Shown here: in pieces, positions 39,371-49,785 of the stretch
Layout: each line of letters opens with the position of its first letter
Numbering within the stretch: the first letter of the stretch is position 1
NCBI GenBank assembly: GCA_038883715.1
Contig: JAVZLS010000002.1
Location: forward strand, 1 to 64,000
Direction: 5' to 3'
Source: Candidatus Bathyarchaeia archaeon
Lineage (GTDB): Archaea; Thermoproteota; Bathyarchaeia; Bathyarchaeales; Bathycorpusculaceae
DNA length: 64,000 nt
Notes under the pieces: model-generated
What the model was told of the DNA's origin: nothing
What the model saw: only the letters and a program-made list of their open reading frames with translations
The model's database searches: none
Translations under genes and position numbers: made by a program

Positions 39371-40453
39371 TTATGCCATATGTTTTGCCCATATTTGGCA
39401 TGTTCCCTCGATGCTCACCATGCATGCACCTCTTGGCTTCTGTGGGGTACAAGCTTTCATGAATAGTGGGCATTCAGTGGGCTTAATCTTACCAATCATC
39501 ACCAAATGGCATTGGCAGCCCGGCAGCAGATCCGTTCCATTTTTAACTCCGACATTAAATCTTTCCCGTGCCTCATAATTTGCATATTCGCTTTTTAGTT
39601 TTAATGTGGAGTTGGGTAATTTTCCGAGACCACGCCAGTTTCCTCCCACAATTTCAAAAACCTCACTCATGATTTTCTGCGCTTTCACGTTTCCCTCGTA
39701 TGTTACCGCACGGGCGTATTCGTTTTCTAGGCGCGGCTTTTCCTCGTCCAATTGTTTAATAACCATGTAAATGGCGAGTAGAACGTCTAATGGTTCAAAT
39801 CCAGCCACCACTGTTGGCATACGGTAGGCTTTTGGAAACATTTCATAAGCTTTCAAGCCAATGATAGTGCTTACGTGTCCAGGAGCGATGAAACCGTCTA
39901 TGTGGAGGTCTCCTATTCCAAGGAGAAGCTCCATTGCCGGTGGAATCAAACGGTGGGAAACCAGAAAGCTTAGGTTTTCTGGCGGCTTTTTTAGGATTTC
40001 TATGGCTGTTGATGGGGCTGTTGTTTCAAAGCCTATGGCGAAGAAGGCGAACTCTTTATCCGGCTCTTTTTCGGCCATCCTAACGGCGTCTAATGGGCTG
40101 TAAACAACTCGGACATCGGCGCCTTCAGCTTTAGCATCCAACAACGATTTTTCAGAGCCCGGGACGCGGAGGGCATCCCCAAAGCATGTGACGACAACGC
40201 CTTTTAGGGCAAGCTGTACAGCCTCGTCTATTTCGGAGGCTGGTGTTACGCATACCGGGCATCCTGGTCCAGCTATAACCTCAACGTTTTGGGGTAGGAG
40301 GCTTCTCAGCCCAAAATGGGTTATTGTCCACTCGTGAGTGCCGCATACATGGCATATCTTTACGATGTCACGTTTAGGGGCAATTTCATGGATTTTCTCG
40401 ACTACAAGTTTCGCTAATTTTGGATCTCTAAGTTTTTTAAAATATTCGAACAT
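39371..40453 (-). CDS. hypD: Hydrogenase maturation protein HypD
   Basis: CGTHE, GPGCPVC, GFETT, PGHVS, CMVS.EG.C. Confidence 0.97.
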   Translation of the reverse strand: MFEYFKKLRDPKLAKLVVEKIHEIAPKRDIVKICHVCGTHEWTITHFGLRSLLPQNVEVIAGPGCPVCVTPASEIDEAVQLALKGVVVTCFGDALRVPGSEKSLLDAKAEGADVRVVYSPLDAVRMAEKEPDKEFAFFAIGFETTAPSTAIEILKKPPENLSFLVSHRLIPPAMELLLGIGDLHIDGFIAPGHVSTIIGLKAYEMFPKAYRMPTVVAGFEPLDVLLAIYMVIKQLDEEKPRLENEYARAVTYEGNVKAQKIMSEVFEIVGGNWRGLGKLPNSTLKLKSEYANYEARERFNVGVKNGTDLLPGCQCHLVMIGKIKPTECPLFMKACTPQKPRGACMVSIEGTCQIWAKHMA

Positions 40454-40459
40454 TTCAGC

Positions 40460-40705
40460 TCATCGCAAATCATTTCGTTCCAGCTTTTCTTCAACTTCTA
40501 AAATTTCGCTCCACAAGCGTAATGTTTCTTCGGCTTCTTCTTTGCTCAGCACTTGGATGGCATACCCAGCATGGACAAGCACGTAATCGTTAACTTTCAC
40601 GTTTACGAGGCTTATGTCAACCTCTTTTATCAAGCCTCCTCCAAAATCAACTTTTGCAAAATTGCCTTGAACACTCACAACCTTTGCAGGGATAGCCAAA
40701 CACAT
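40460..40705 (-). CDS. hypC: Hydrogenase maturation chaperone HypC
   Basis: Start trimmed to MCLAIP; VLVHAGYA. Confidence 0.95.
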   Translation of the reverse strand: MCLAIPAKVVSVQGNFAKVDFGGGLIKEVDISLVNVKVNDYVLVHAGYAIQVLSKEEAEETLRLWSEILEVEEKLERNDLR

Positions 40706-40753
40706 TATTATCTGCGAAATAGCAAAAACAAACAAGGATAAATCGTTTATGGC

Positions 40754-43042
40754 TTAAGAAGACGCGAAACCAGCGGCGAAAGCTTGACCGAAGGATAAAC
40801 CGCCGTCACTAGGTGGGACTGCCTCATGAACAAGGAATTTTAAGCCAGCGGCCTCAATGGTTTCCCGCATAATTTTTACAAAAATTTCGTTGCAGGCAAC
40901 CCCGCCAGAAAAACCAACCGTTTTCACGCCATTTTCTAGGGCTTTTTCTATGGCTAGTTCCGCCAAGCCCTTGGCTAGGTAAGCGTGGGCTGAAAAAGCC
41001 AAATCCTGTATGGCGTGTCTTTCTCTGTTTTCAAATATCTCCAATAGCAGTTCGGTGGTGTTTAGGATGCCACCCCCAATTATCTGCCTCAGTTTTAGCG
41101 TGTCTTTTCCCTTCATGGCTGTTGATTCAAGTTTCATGGCCGGCTCGCCCTCATATGTTCGCTCAAAGCACACGCCCAAAACAGCTGCAACGGCATCCAA
41201 AATTCTCCCACAACTTGTCGTTTTAACTGTGCCGTGTTCCCTTTTCAACTGCTGAAGAATTATTTGAACCTCTTCTTTGCCGTGAGGAAAATGCCTTTCA
41301 TTCCGCATGAGCCAGTCTTCCACATCCACCTTTTTGTATAGAATCCCAGCAGCCATTCTAAGCGGGTAGCGGGTGGCTAAATCTGCGCCAAGCATGGGCT
41401 GTTTTTCAAGATGGGCTAACCGCTTGAATTCCATTGAATCTTTTAAGCCCAGTATTATTTCACCTCCCCATGCCTCACCGTCAACGCCATATCCATAGCC
41501 ATCACAGCAGACGCCCACAATTTCGGATACGCCGTGCTCAGCCATTAAGGCTGCAACATGTGCATAGTGGTGTTGGATTTGGAAAAACTGCCAGCCGTTC
41601 TCCTCAGCCAAGTCTTGCGCAAGTTTTGTTGTTGTAAATTTTGGATGTAAATCGCATGCAATGACATCCACCTTACTGTTTGTTAAACGGATTAGATGTT
41701 TGGCAGCACTTTCCAAGAAATCCCGCGTTTCTATGTTTTCCACATCGCCGATATGCTGGGATATGAAGGCTTTGTTGCCGAGCAAAACACAGGCGGTATT
41801 GTTAAGCTCACCGCCCAAGGCTAATACGCATTTTTCGGATTTTTCCCTCAAAATCACAGGGGCTGGTGCATAACCCCTTGAACGCCTAATAAAAACCAGT
41901 TTTCCATTGTGCGCTCGCATAACTGAGTCGTCGCATCTGTGGGCTATCCGCCTATTATGAAAAAGGAAGTAGTCAACAATGTCGCCTAGCGTTTTTAGGG
42001 CCTCATCATCGTCTTTAACTATGGGCTGATTTGGCGGGTTGGCACTTGTCATAACAAAGGCTGGTTCGTCTACACTGTCAAACAGCATATAATGCAACCC
42101 TGTGTAGGGAAGCATGACGCCAACATTATGCAAGCCGGGAGCAATCAAATCTGAAAGGTAGTATTTGCTGCTCTTTTTCAAAAGCACTATTGGACGCGTA
42201 TATGAAGTTAAAAGCTCTGCTTCTTTTGGGCTTACTTCGGCAAAGGAACGCACAACTTCAAGGTTTGGCGCCATAATGGCGAAGGGCTTCTGCCTTCTAT
42301 GCTTTGCCTTTCGAAGCCTTATTAAGGGCTCATCCTTCGTTGTTGCAGCCGCCACATGAAAGCCGCCATACCCTTTGATGGCAACAATAAAGCCTTCAGC
42401 AAGCAGTTTGCCCGCCTCCCTTATTGGGTCGTCGGTGGCGACTAGCTCGCCTCTGCTTGTAGTTAAGTAAACTTTTGGACCACACTTTGGGCAAGCCACA
42501 GTCTGCGCGTGGAAACGTCTATTCAACGGGTCTTTGCACTCTTTTTGACAGAAGCCGCACATGGGAAAATCCCGCATGGTTGTGTTTCCTCTGTCATAGG
42601 GAAGCCGCTCAATAATCGTGTATCTTGGACCACAGTCCGTACACGTTATAAAAAAATAGTCATATCTCGGATTGCTTCTCTCCCTCAATTCTTTTAGGCA
42701 CTCATTACATATGGCTACGTCCGGCGGGATAACAGAGCCCGAAAGCTCGGATTCTTCAGAGCTTTTCTCGATTGTAAAGCTTGTATACTGGTTTTCACCT
42801 TCAAGTTTTAATGTTATAATTTCGTGAATATGTGCCAATGGCGGCTTCTTTTCCCTCAAATCCCTTAAGAAACTGTTTATGGCATTTTCTTCGCCTTCCA
42901 AAAGAATTTCAACGCCTGCATCACCCATGTTTCTAACATAGCCTTTCAAGCCGTTTTTCACGGCTATGCGGTACACGAAGGGGCGGAATCCAACCCCTTG
43001 AATTATGCCGGTAACCCTAACTTTTACTCGCACATCGTCCAT
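40754..43042 (-). CDS. hypF: Carbamoyltransferase HypF
   Basis: QGVGFRPF, zinc fingers, KGYGGFH, QHHYAH, DGGLSFGQ. Confidence 0.97.
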   Translation of the reverse strand: MDDVRVKVRVTGIIQGVGFRPFVYRIAVKNGLKGYVRNMGDAGVEILLEGEENAINSFLRDLREKKPPLAHIHEIITLKLEGENQYTSFTIEKSSEESELSGSVIPPDVAICNECLKELRERSNPRYDYFFITCTDCGPRYTIIERLPYDRGNTTMRDFPMCGFCQKECKDPLNRRFHAQTVACPKCGPKVYLTTSRGELVATDDPIREAGKLLAEGFIVAIKGYGGFHVAAATTKDEPLIRLRKAKHRRQKPFAIMAPNLEVVRSFAEVSPKEAELLTSYTRPIVLLKKSSKYYLSDLIAPGLHNVGVMLPYTGLHYMLFDSVDEPAFVMTSANPPNQPIVKDDDEALKTLGDIVDYFLFHNRRIAHRCDDSVMRAHNGKLVFIRRSRGYAPAPVILREKSEKCVLALGGELNNTACVLLGNKAFISQHIGDVENIETRDFLESAAKHLIRLTNSKVDVIACDLHPKFTTTKLAQDLAEENGWQFFQIQHHYAHVAALMAEHGVSEIVGVCCDGYGYGVDGEAWGGEIILGLKDSMEFKRLAHLEKQPMLGADLATRYPLRMAAGILYKKVDVEDWLMRNERHFPHGKEEVQIILQQLKREHGTVKTTSCGRILDAVAAVLGVCFERTYEGEPAMKLESTAMKGKDTLKLRQIIGGGILNTTELLLEIFENRERHAIQDLAFSAHAYLAKGLAELAIEKALENGVKTVGFSGGVACNEIFVKIMRETIEAAGLKFLVHEAVPPSDGGLSFGQAFAAGFASS

Positions 43043-43083
43043 CTCTTGAAGTTTATTAACATTTAAGACGCTGGTTTAAAGTT

Positions 43084-43827
43084 TCACCCTTCAGACTCCT
43101 TCCACAAATAGTTGAAATAGTCTTTTGCCAGTGCCGCCAAGCCAGGATGGTCTGACCATATAGCGCTTATTTCGCCTCTTTCATCACTGAAGAGCAGCAG
43201 AACCTCGCTGCAGTCGGATATGGCGCCGCCGCCAAACATTTTTGTTCGGCATCGAACCTCGCCGATTTTTGAAAGCATCCTATATACATTTTCGTTTAGC
43301 CCCTTTAGCATCATGAAGCGAACCTGCACCTTTTCTTCGATAAAAGAATGAAGCAACTGGTAAAAATCCATTAAAAACTCTTCCTTGACAAATGGCAAGG
43401 CTATGAGCATTTCCTGCCTACACTTTTTTGCCATTTCCTTAAACTTTGAAAATATGTTCAGCGCGCCTCTCAGAATCCAAACGTCATATTTCTCCTTTGT
43501 TTTAAGCTTCTCGTAAATAGGGAGTAGCTCATCAGTTATTGTTTTCTCGATTTGCAACCACTCATTTTCAAAGGCTACCTTCGCCGCTTTCAGGGCTGTT
43601 TCAGGCGATTTTGGAAAATACCTACTCGGTCTTTTTCTTTCCGATTCTATCCAGCCCTTCCTTTCTAAGCTGTTTAGGACTTGGTAAACTTTGGAGTAGG
43701 GTATCTGCGCCCCGTAGCTTATTTGTTTGGCTGTTAACGCGCCTTTCTCTAGAAGAAGCAAGTATGCGTCTGCCTCGTAGTCTGTTAATCCAACTTTTCT
43801 GAGTGGTGCCTTTGTTTTCTCGCTCAT
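43084..43827 (-). CDS. TrmB-family transcriptional regulator
   Basis: GLTDYEADAY..LL, IPYSKVYQVL..LE.KGW plus a PLD-like effector domain. Confidence 0.9.
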   Translation of the reverse strand: MSEKTKAPLRKVGLTDYEADAYLLLLEKGALTAKQISYGAQIPYSKVYQVLNSLERKGWIESERKRPSRYFPKSPETALKAAKVAFENEWLQIEKTITDELLPIYEKLKTKEKYDVWILRGALNIFSKFKEMAKKCRQEMLIALPFVKEEFLMDFYQLLHSFIEEKVQVRFMMLKGLNENVYRMLSKIGEVRCRTKMFGGGAISDCSEVLLLFSDERGEISAIWSDHPGLAALAKDYFNYLWKESEG

Positions 43828-43851
43828 GGTTTAGAGTAATACTTTTCACCC

Positions 43852-43876
43852 TATTAAAATTATGGAAATTTTAATA
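43852..43876. promoter_or_regulatory. Back-to-back TATA boxes forming a 10-5-10 inverted repeat
   Basis: TATTAAAATT-ATGGA-AATTTTAATA between divergent trmB and tes. Confidence 0.65.
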
Positions 43877-43906
43877 TAACCACAAGCCAAGACCATAAAC
43901 CATAAC

Positions 43907-45457
43907 ATGGCGATGGAAATGTCAAAACTGCAACAGCGAGAAGAAGAGGTAAAGTTTGAATCTTATTCAACGAGCCTATGCCCAGAGTGTCTAAACAAGG
44001 TTCCCATGAGAATTTATGAGGAAAATGGCGTAATCTATCTTGAGAAGACCTGCCCCGAGCATGGAAAGTTTGAAGATGTCTACTGGGGAGACGCTGAACT
44101 TTTCAAGTGGATTTACAAGGAATGGTATAACGCCAAATATCTTGGAAACGGTTTAGAAAACCCCCACACAAAAATTGTTAAGGGATGCCCCTACGACTGC
44201 GGCTTATGCACACAACACAAATCCTACACGGTTCTGGGTATAATAGACGTCACAAACCGCTGCAACATGGCTTGTCCAGTCTGTTTCGCTTATGCCGGCG
44301 CGGTCAACTATGTTTATGAACCAACGTACCAGCAGATTGTGGACATGATTAAGCTGCTTAGAAACAACAAACCTTGGGCGTGTAATGCCCTCCAGTTCAG
44401 CGGAGGTGAACCAACCATAAGAAATGATTTACCACAGCTTATCGCGGAAGCTAAAAAGGCTGGGGTAGAGCATGTGGAGGTGAACACCAACGGCTTACGC
44501 CTCGCAGAGGACATAGATTACTTCAAAAAGCTTTTAGATGCTGGCATGAGCACACTTTACCTCCAGTTTGACGGTTTAAGGGAAGAAATCTACAAGAAAA
44601 CAAGAGGAAGAACAGACCTCGTTCAAATCAAGCATAAGGTTTTGGAAAATGCCAGAAAAATAGGCTTAGACTCAATAGTTTTGGTCGTCACTCTTGCAAG
44701 AGGCGTAAACGACAAAGACCTCGGCAGCATAATACGCTATGCTGTTGAAAATCACGATGTTGTAAGATGCATTAACATTCAGCCAATTTCCATGGCTGGA
44801 AGAGCCCGCAAAGACGAAATGCGAAAAATGCGCATAACAGTGCCAGACACCATCAAACTGATAGAGGAACAGACAAACGGAATTATCACACGTTGGGATT
44901 GGCGCCCAGTCAACTGGCCCGTCCCAATCTCCAAAGGCATGGGTGTTGTGAAAAATAGAGTTTATCCAGAGTTTACTATGCATCCCATGTGTGGGGCAGC
45001 AACATTCATTGTCGTTGAAAAAGATGGCTCCTACAAGCCTATTACGCAGTATGTGGACGTTGACCGCTTCGCCGAAATTTTCTGGAACATTTATTATTCT
45101 GGCGTTAAGGGCAAAAAGACAATGGCGAAAATGAAAATGTTGGAACTACTGCCCTTAGTGAAGTCGCCACTTGTCAGAGGCTTGCTTAAAGATGTTATAA
45201 CTAAGGGAAGTTATGAAGCACTTGGAAGATTCATGCGTAAAATAATAATGATTGGAATAATGCACTTCATGGACGTCTGGAACTTTGACCTAGACCGTGT
45301 TCAAAGATGTGTCATACACTATGCAACCCCTGACGGCAAGGTTAGACCCTTCTGCACATACAACAGCATACATAGGGATAGTGTGGAAAAACAGTTCGCC
45401 ATCTCTGTCAGCGAGTGGACTGAAAAGTTTGGTAAGAAATTAAGCGAGCCAGTTTAG
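43907..45457 (+). CDS. tes: Radical SAM tetraether lipid synthase (Tes / GDGT macrocyclase)
   Basis: SLCPEC...CPEHG, GCPYDCGLC, DVTNRCNMACPVCFA, HPMCG, RCVIHYATPDG...PFCTYN architecture. Confidence 0.85.
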   Translation: MAMEMSKLQQREEEVKFESYSTSLCPECLNKVPMRIYEENGVIYLEKTCPEHGKFEDVYWGDAELFKWIYKEWYNAKYLGNGLENPHTKIVKGCPYDCGLCTQHKSYTVLGIIDVTNRCNMACPVCFAYAGAVNYVYEPTYQQIVDMIKLLRNNKPWACNALQFSGGEPTIRNDLPQLIAEAKKAGVEHVEVNTNGLRLAEDIDYFKKLLDAGMSTLYLQFDGLREEIYKKTRGRTDLVQIKHKVLENARKIGLDSIVLVVTLARGVNDKDLGSIIRYAVENHDVVRCINIQPISMAGRARKDEMRKMRITVPDTIKLIEEQTNGIITRWDWRPVNWPVPISKGMGVVKNRVYPEFTMHPMCGAATFIVVEKDGSYKPITQYVDVDRFAEIFWNIYYSGVKGKKTMAKMKMLELLPLVKSPLVRGLLKDVITKGSYEALGRFMRKIIMIGIMHFMDVWNFDLDRVQRCVIHYATPDGKVRPFCTYNSIHRDSVEKQFAISVSEWTEKFGKKLSEPV

Positions 45458-45484
45458 ATAAACGCCAAAAAGAAAAAGGGAAGG

Positions 45485-47215
45485 CTAGGTTTTAGCAGCC
45501 AGTTTTTTAAGCTCCTCTTCTCGCAAGACCCTTCGGAGAACCTTGCCAACAGCGCTTAACGGAAGTTCTTTACGAATTTCCAACTCTCTAATCGCTTTGT
45601 AGGGTGCAACCTTCTCGTTCACAAATTTCATTAGCTCCTCTTCGGTAGCGGCCATTCCATCTTTTAGCACAACGAAGGCTTTTGGAATTTCACCAGCAAC
45701 TGGGTCTGGTTTACCGATTACTCCGCAGAGTTTCACGGCTGGATGCTCATATAAGACATCTTCAAGTTCTCTTGGATAGACGCTGTAGCCCTTATACTTG
45801 ATCAAGTCTTTCTTCCGGTCTGTTATATAGAAGTAGCCATCCTCGTCCATTTTTCCAATGTCTCCAGTGTAAAGCCAACCGTTTCTCAAGACTTCGGCTG
45901 TTTCCTCCGGCATTTTCCAGTAACCCTTCATCACTTGGGGACCCTTAACTATCAGTTCACCGATTTCTCCCGGTGGGAGCTCTTTTTCACCCGTTTCTAT
46001 GTCAACTATTTTCGCGTCAGTGTCAGGCCACGGTATCCCTATTGAGCCTATCTTAACAGTTTTCATGGTCTTGTCAAGAGGATTAGCATGTGTTACGGGC
46101 GATGACTCTGTAAGCCCATAACCCTCAACCAAAACGCCGCCGGTAACCTCCATAAACTTCTTCTGAACTTCCGGTGGAAGTGGGGCCGCACCGGATACGC
46201 AGAATTTTATTGATGTGAGGTCGTATTTTTTGAGGTCTGGATGGGCTATGAGCATGGCATACATTGTCGGCGCGCCACAGAACACTGTCACCCGGTATTT
46301 GTGGATGGCTTCTAGGACGGCTACAGGGTCGAAGCGGGGCAACATAACCATTGTCCCGGCGAAGAATATTGGGGCGTTCATACTTGTTGTCATGCCGTAA
46401 ATGTGGAATAACGGAAGCACCGTCAAAACGACTTCTTCGCCCTCATTGGCTTGCAGCCACTCTTTGCACATAAGAGCGTTTGAAACAAGATTCATGTGGG
46501 TGAGCATAGCTCCTTTAGAGATACCAGTGGTTCCGCCTGTGTATTGAAGGGCGGCCAAATCCTCCCTCGGGTTTATTTCAACTTTTGGCGGTTTAGCCTC
46601 GTATTTCGCCATCAGCTCCGTAAAGAAGTAAACGTTGGCTCTGCGTTCTACCTTTCGGGATGGAATCTTTTTCAGCAGGGAACCTAAAACAGCTTTGAAG
46701 GTTGGCATGTAATCCTTTAGGCCTGCCACTATAACGTTTCGAAGCTTTGTCTTCTCCCAAACCTTCTCCACAATTGGGTAAAGCATGTCAAGAACAACTA
46801 TTGTTTCGGCTTCGGAATCGTTTAGCTGGTGTTCAACCTCCCGCTCCCTATAAAGCGGGCTTATCGCGGTGACAATTGCTCCAGCCTTCAAAGCACCATA
46901 ATATGAAATTACGAACTGTGGAATATTTGGAAAATATATGGCAACCTTGTCTCCCTTTTTCACACCTAAATCAACTAAAGCTGTTGCAAACTTGTCAGAA
47001 AGTAAATCCAGCTCCTTATAGGTCATTTTTCTGTCAAAGTAGATTATCGCAGTTTTATCCGGGTACTTTTTGGCGGAATCCCTTAAAAACTCGAAAAGGG
47101 GAACCTCAGGGTAGTCTATGTGTTTTCTAACACCTGGAGGCCAAAACTTGTACCATGGTTTTTCCGGCTTTTCAATTTTCTCCTCTTCAACCTTCTTTTT
47201 CCTTTTAGTTGGCAT
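45485..47215 (-). CDS. Long-chain fatty acid-CoA ligase
   Basis: YTGGTTGISKG, EGYGLTE, TGD, GKVLRR. Confidence 0.92.
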   Translation of the reverse strand: MPTKRKKKVEEEKIEKPEKPWYKFWPPGVRKHIDYPEVPLFEFLRDSAKKYPDKTAIIYFDRKMTYKELDLLSDKFATALVDLGVKKGDKVAIYFPNIPQFVISYYGALKAGAIVTAISPLYREREVEHQLNDSEAETIVVLDMLYPIVEKVWEKTKLRNVIVAGLKDYMPTFKAVLGSLLKKIPSRKVERRANVYFFTELMAKYEAKPPKVEINPREDLAALQYTGGTTGISKGAMLTHMNLVSNALMCKEWLQANEGEEVVLTVLPLFHIYGMTTSMNAPIFFAGTMVMLPRFDPVAVLEAIHKYRVTVFCGAPTMYAMLIAHPDLKKYDLTSIKFCVSGAAPLPPEVQKKFMEVTGGVLVEGYGLTESSPVTHANPLDKTMKTVKIGSIGIPWPDTDAKIVDIETGEKELPPGEIGELIVKGPQVMKGYWKMPEETAEVLRNGWLYTGDIGKMDEDGYFYITDRKKDLIKYKGYSVYPRELEDVLYEHPAVKLCGVIGKPDPVAGEIPKAFVVLKDGMAATEEELMKFVNEKVAPYKAIRELEIRKELPLSAVGKVLRRVLREEELKKLAAKT

Positions 47216-47270
47216 ATCAAACCCTATTAAAGATATTTTCGGTTTTTGAAGTAATAATACTTTCCATGTT

Positions 47271-47702
47271 TTACTCTGGCCGAGTGAACTCGTAGGTTGG
47301 ATGCCCTTCAGAGGTTAGCTTTGCCACAAGTTTAGCTTTCATCCCCACTTTAACTTCTGAAAGCTTGAATCCCGTAAGCCATGCAAGCACCCTAACGCCT
47401 TCCTTAAGTCTGCCGATGGCTACGGTGTAGGGTTTTTCATGCTGGAAGGTTGTTGGCCTAACAACCACATGCGTGAAGGTCTCTATTGTTGCTTCATTGC
47501 TGAGTTCAACCCACTCCATGTCAGAGGTTAAGCAGTTTGAGCAGTCAGCAACTGGCGGGAAATACAGCTTTCCACATTTTTTGCATTTTGTAGCTAAGAT
47601 TTTCCCCTGTTTAAGACCTTCCCAAAACTGAAGAGTCTTGCTTATGGGAATATCCTGTACTATTTTTACCTCTCTCGATTTTATGGAGGGCATAGCTGCC
47701 AT
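47271..47702 (-). CDS. DUF35 Zn-ribbon/OB-fold thiolase partner
   Basis: FWEGL, CKKCG..YFPP..DC..C. Confidence 0.9.
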   Translation of the reverse strand: MAAMPSIKSREVKIVQDIPISKTLQFWEGLKQGKILATKCKKCGKLYFPPVADCSNCLTSDMEWVELSNEATIETFTHVVVRPTTFQHEKPYTVAIGRLKEGVRVLAWLTGFKLSEVKVGMKAKLVAKLTSEGHPTYEFTRPE

Positions 47703-47706
47703 TTTC

Positions 47707-48879
47707 TCATCTCCTTAAAATTGTCACGTAACAATAGTGTCCAGTTCCGCCCACGTTATGGGCTAAGGCTATGTAATTTTTCATCGGGACCTGTCTACTC
47801 TTTTCAAAAGCTTCCTCTCTCAGTTGTTTTGTCAATTCGTATATCATTGAGCATCCCGTTGTGCCAATCGGGTGCCCCTTCGCCTTTAAGCCTCCGTCGA
47901 CGTTCACTGGGATTTTTCCGCCAATTTCTGTTTGTCCTTCTCTGATTAGTTTGGCGCCTTCGCCTTTTTTGCAGAAGCCTAAATCCTCATACGCCATTAT
48001 TTCGGCTATGGTGAAGCAGTCGTGTACCACTGCAACGTCAATCTGGTCTGGCGTCGCATTTGCCATTTTGTAGGCTTTTTGGGCTGCCGTCACACTGGCT
48101 TCCAATCCAACATAGTCAAGCCTTTTGCTCATGTTGGCTGTTCCAGAGGCATACCCGATACCCGCAACCCAAACTGGCGTGTCAACTTTAAGCTCTTTAA
48201 CCTTTTCTTCGGAAGCTAGGATTATTGAGGCGGCTCCATCAGTCACAGGACAGCAGTCGAAGAGTTTTAGGGGTGCGGCAATAACCATTGAAGATAAAAC
48301 GTCGTCAACTGTTATTCTGTTTTGGAGATGGGCTATCGGATTCATGGAGGCATACTTGTGGTTTTTAACGGCAACAAGCGCCAAATCCTCCTCTGTTGTG
48401 CCAAATCTCGCCATGTGAGCAGTTGCATATAAAGCATAATAAGCTGGAAAGGTTAAGCCGAAGTTGTGGAACTCCCATAGGTAGTATCCAGCCCGCCCAA
48501 TCCACTCCATCATCGTCGGAGTGTCAATTTCCCGCATCTTTTCAACACCCAAAGCCGCCGCAATCTCGACTTGCCCGCTTGCCACAGCCCAGTAAGCTGT
48601 TGCGAAGGCAGCACTTCCACTTGCGCAGGCGGCTTCACAGCGCACAAGCCCAGCCCCGGTTAAGCCACAATATTCGGCTGAAACAACGGCTGGGAGAAGC
48701 TCCTCATACCATGCTCCGGCGCCGGTTGAGCCAACAGCGACAAACTCTATGTTTTTTGGTGTTATCCCAGCATCCTCGATCGAGGGCTTAAAAGCTTCAA
48801 AGGTAAGCTCCGCCACATTCACATCGTTTCTAACACCAAACTTGGAGCTCCCAACTCCAATTATTGCGACTTTCCTCAT
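47707..48879 (-). CDS. Archaeal thiolase
   Basis: EAACASG, HDCF, GHPIG, HNVGG. Confidence 0.92.
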   Translation of the reverse strand: MRKVAIIGVGSSKFGVRNDVNVAELTFEAFKPSIEDAGITPKNIEFVAVGSTGAGAWYEELLPAVVSAEYCGLTGAGLVRCEAACASGSAAFATAYWAVASGQVEIAAALGVEKMREIDTPTMMEWIGRAGYYLWEFHNFGLTFPAYYALYATAHMARFGTTEEDLALVAVKNHKYASMNPIAHLQNRITVDDVLSSMVIAAPLKLFDCCPVTDGAASIILASEEKVKELKVDTPVWVAGIGYASGTANMSKRLDYVGLEASVTAAQKAYKMANATPDQIDVAVVHDCFTIAEIMAYEDLGFCKKGEGAKLIREGQTEIGGKIPVNVDGGLKAKGHPIGTTGCSMIYELTKQLREEAFEKSRQVPMKNYIALAHNVGGTGHYCYVTILRR

Positions 48880-48945
48880 TTGACCACTCTTCTATCGGGC
48901 TTCAAATTTTGGAACAATTAAAAATGTGGGAAATGGTGGGGATGC

Positions 48946-49734
48946 TTACTTTCCTTTGAATTCGGCTTTCCGCCTTGACATGAAGGCTTCTACGCCTTCT
49001 TTCAGGTCTTCTGTTGAGAAGGTTAGACCCATAAGGGCTGATTCTATGCGTAAGCCCGCATCCAAAGGCACTTGCGTTCCAAAGTTTATGGCGAATTTCG
49101 CATACTTCAAAGCGATTGGCGGTCCCTCGCTCAGTTTTTTAGCTAGCTCACGAACTTCGTCCCTAAGTTTCTCGTAATGCACAACCTTGTGGACCAAGCC
49201 AATTTTTAGGGCTTCTTCAGCCTTAAGCCTTGTTCCAAGCATGACCATTTCTTTAGCCTTTGCCAAGCCGACAATCCTAACAAGCCTCTGGGTCCCGCCC
49301 CAACCTGGGATAAGCCCCAAGTTTACTTCTGGGCTTCCTAGTTCGGCGTGTTCGGCGGCTATCCTGAAGTCACATGCCAATGCCAGTTCTAAGCCTCCGC
49401 CAAGGGCGAAGCCATTAATTGCCGCTATAACTGGTTTTGACATTTCCTCAATTTTACTGAAAACCTTCTGCCCTAGCCTAGAAAACTCCTCAGCCTTAAC
49501 GGGTGTTGCCTTTGGAAACATTGTCACGTCTGCGCCAGCGCTAAAGGATCTGTCGCCTTCTCCGGTTATTACAACGCACCTAACGGAGGGGTCTCTGTCG
49601 GCTGTATCTAGGGCGTCTGCAAGCTCCTCCATCAAAACGTCATTGAAAGCGTTCAGCCTATGCGGCCTGTTTAGGATTATCCATAGAACGCTGTCTTCCC
49701 TCTCAATTTTTAGGGTTTCGTATGCTTTGCTCAT
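48946..49734 (-). CDS. Enoyl-CoA hydratase (crotonase)
   Basis: LNRP, FSAGAD, ALGGGLELALACD, PE...GLIPGWGG. Confidence 0.93.
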   Translation of the reverse strand: MSKAYETLKIEREDSVLWIILNRPHRLNAFNDVLMEELADALDTADRDPSVRCVVITGEGDRSFSAGADVTMFPKATPVKAEEFSRLGQKVFSKIEEMSKPVIAAINGFALGGGLELALACDFRIAAEHAELGSPEVNLGLIPGWGGTQRLVRIVGLAKAKEMVMLGTRLKAEEALKIGLVHKVVHYEKLRDEVRELAKKLSEGPPIALKYAKFAINFGTQVPLDAGLRIESALMGLTFSTEDLKEGVEAFMSRRKAEFKGK

Positions 49735-49785
49735 GTTTTCACCAAACCATGTTTTATGGAATAGCCTATATTACTTTTGGGAGAT

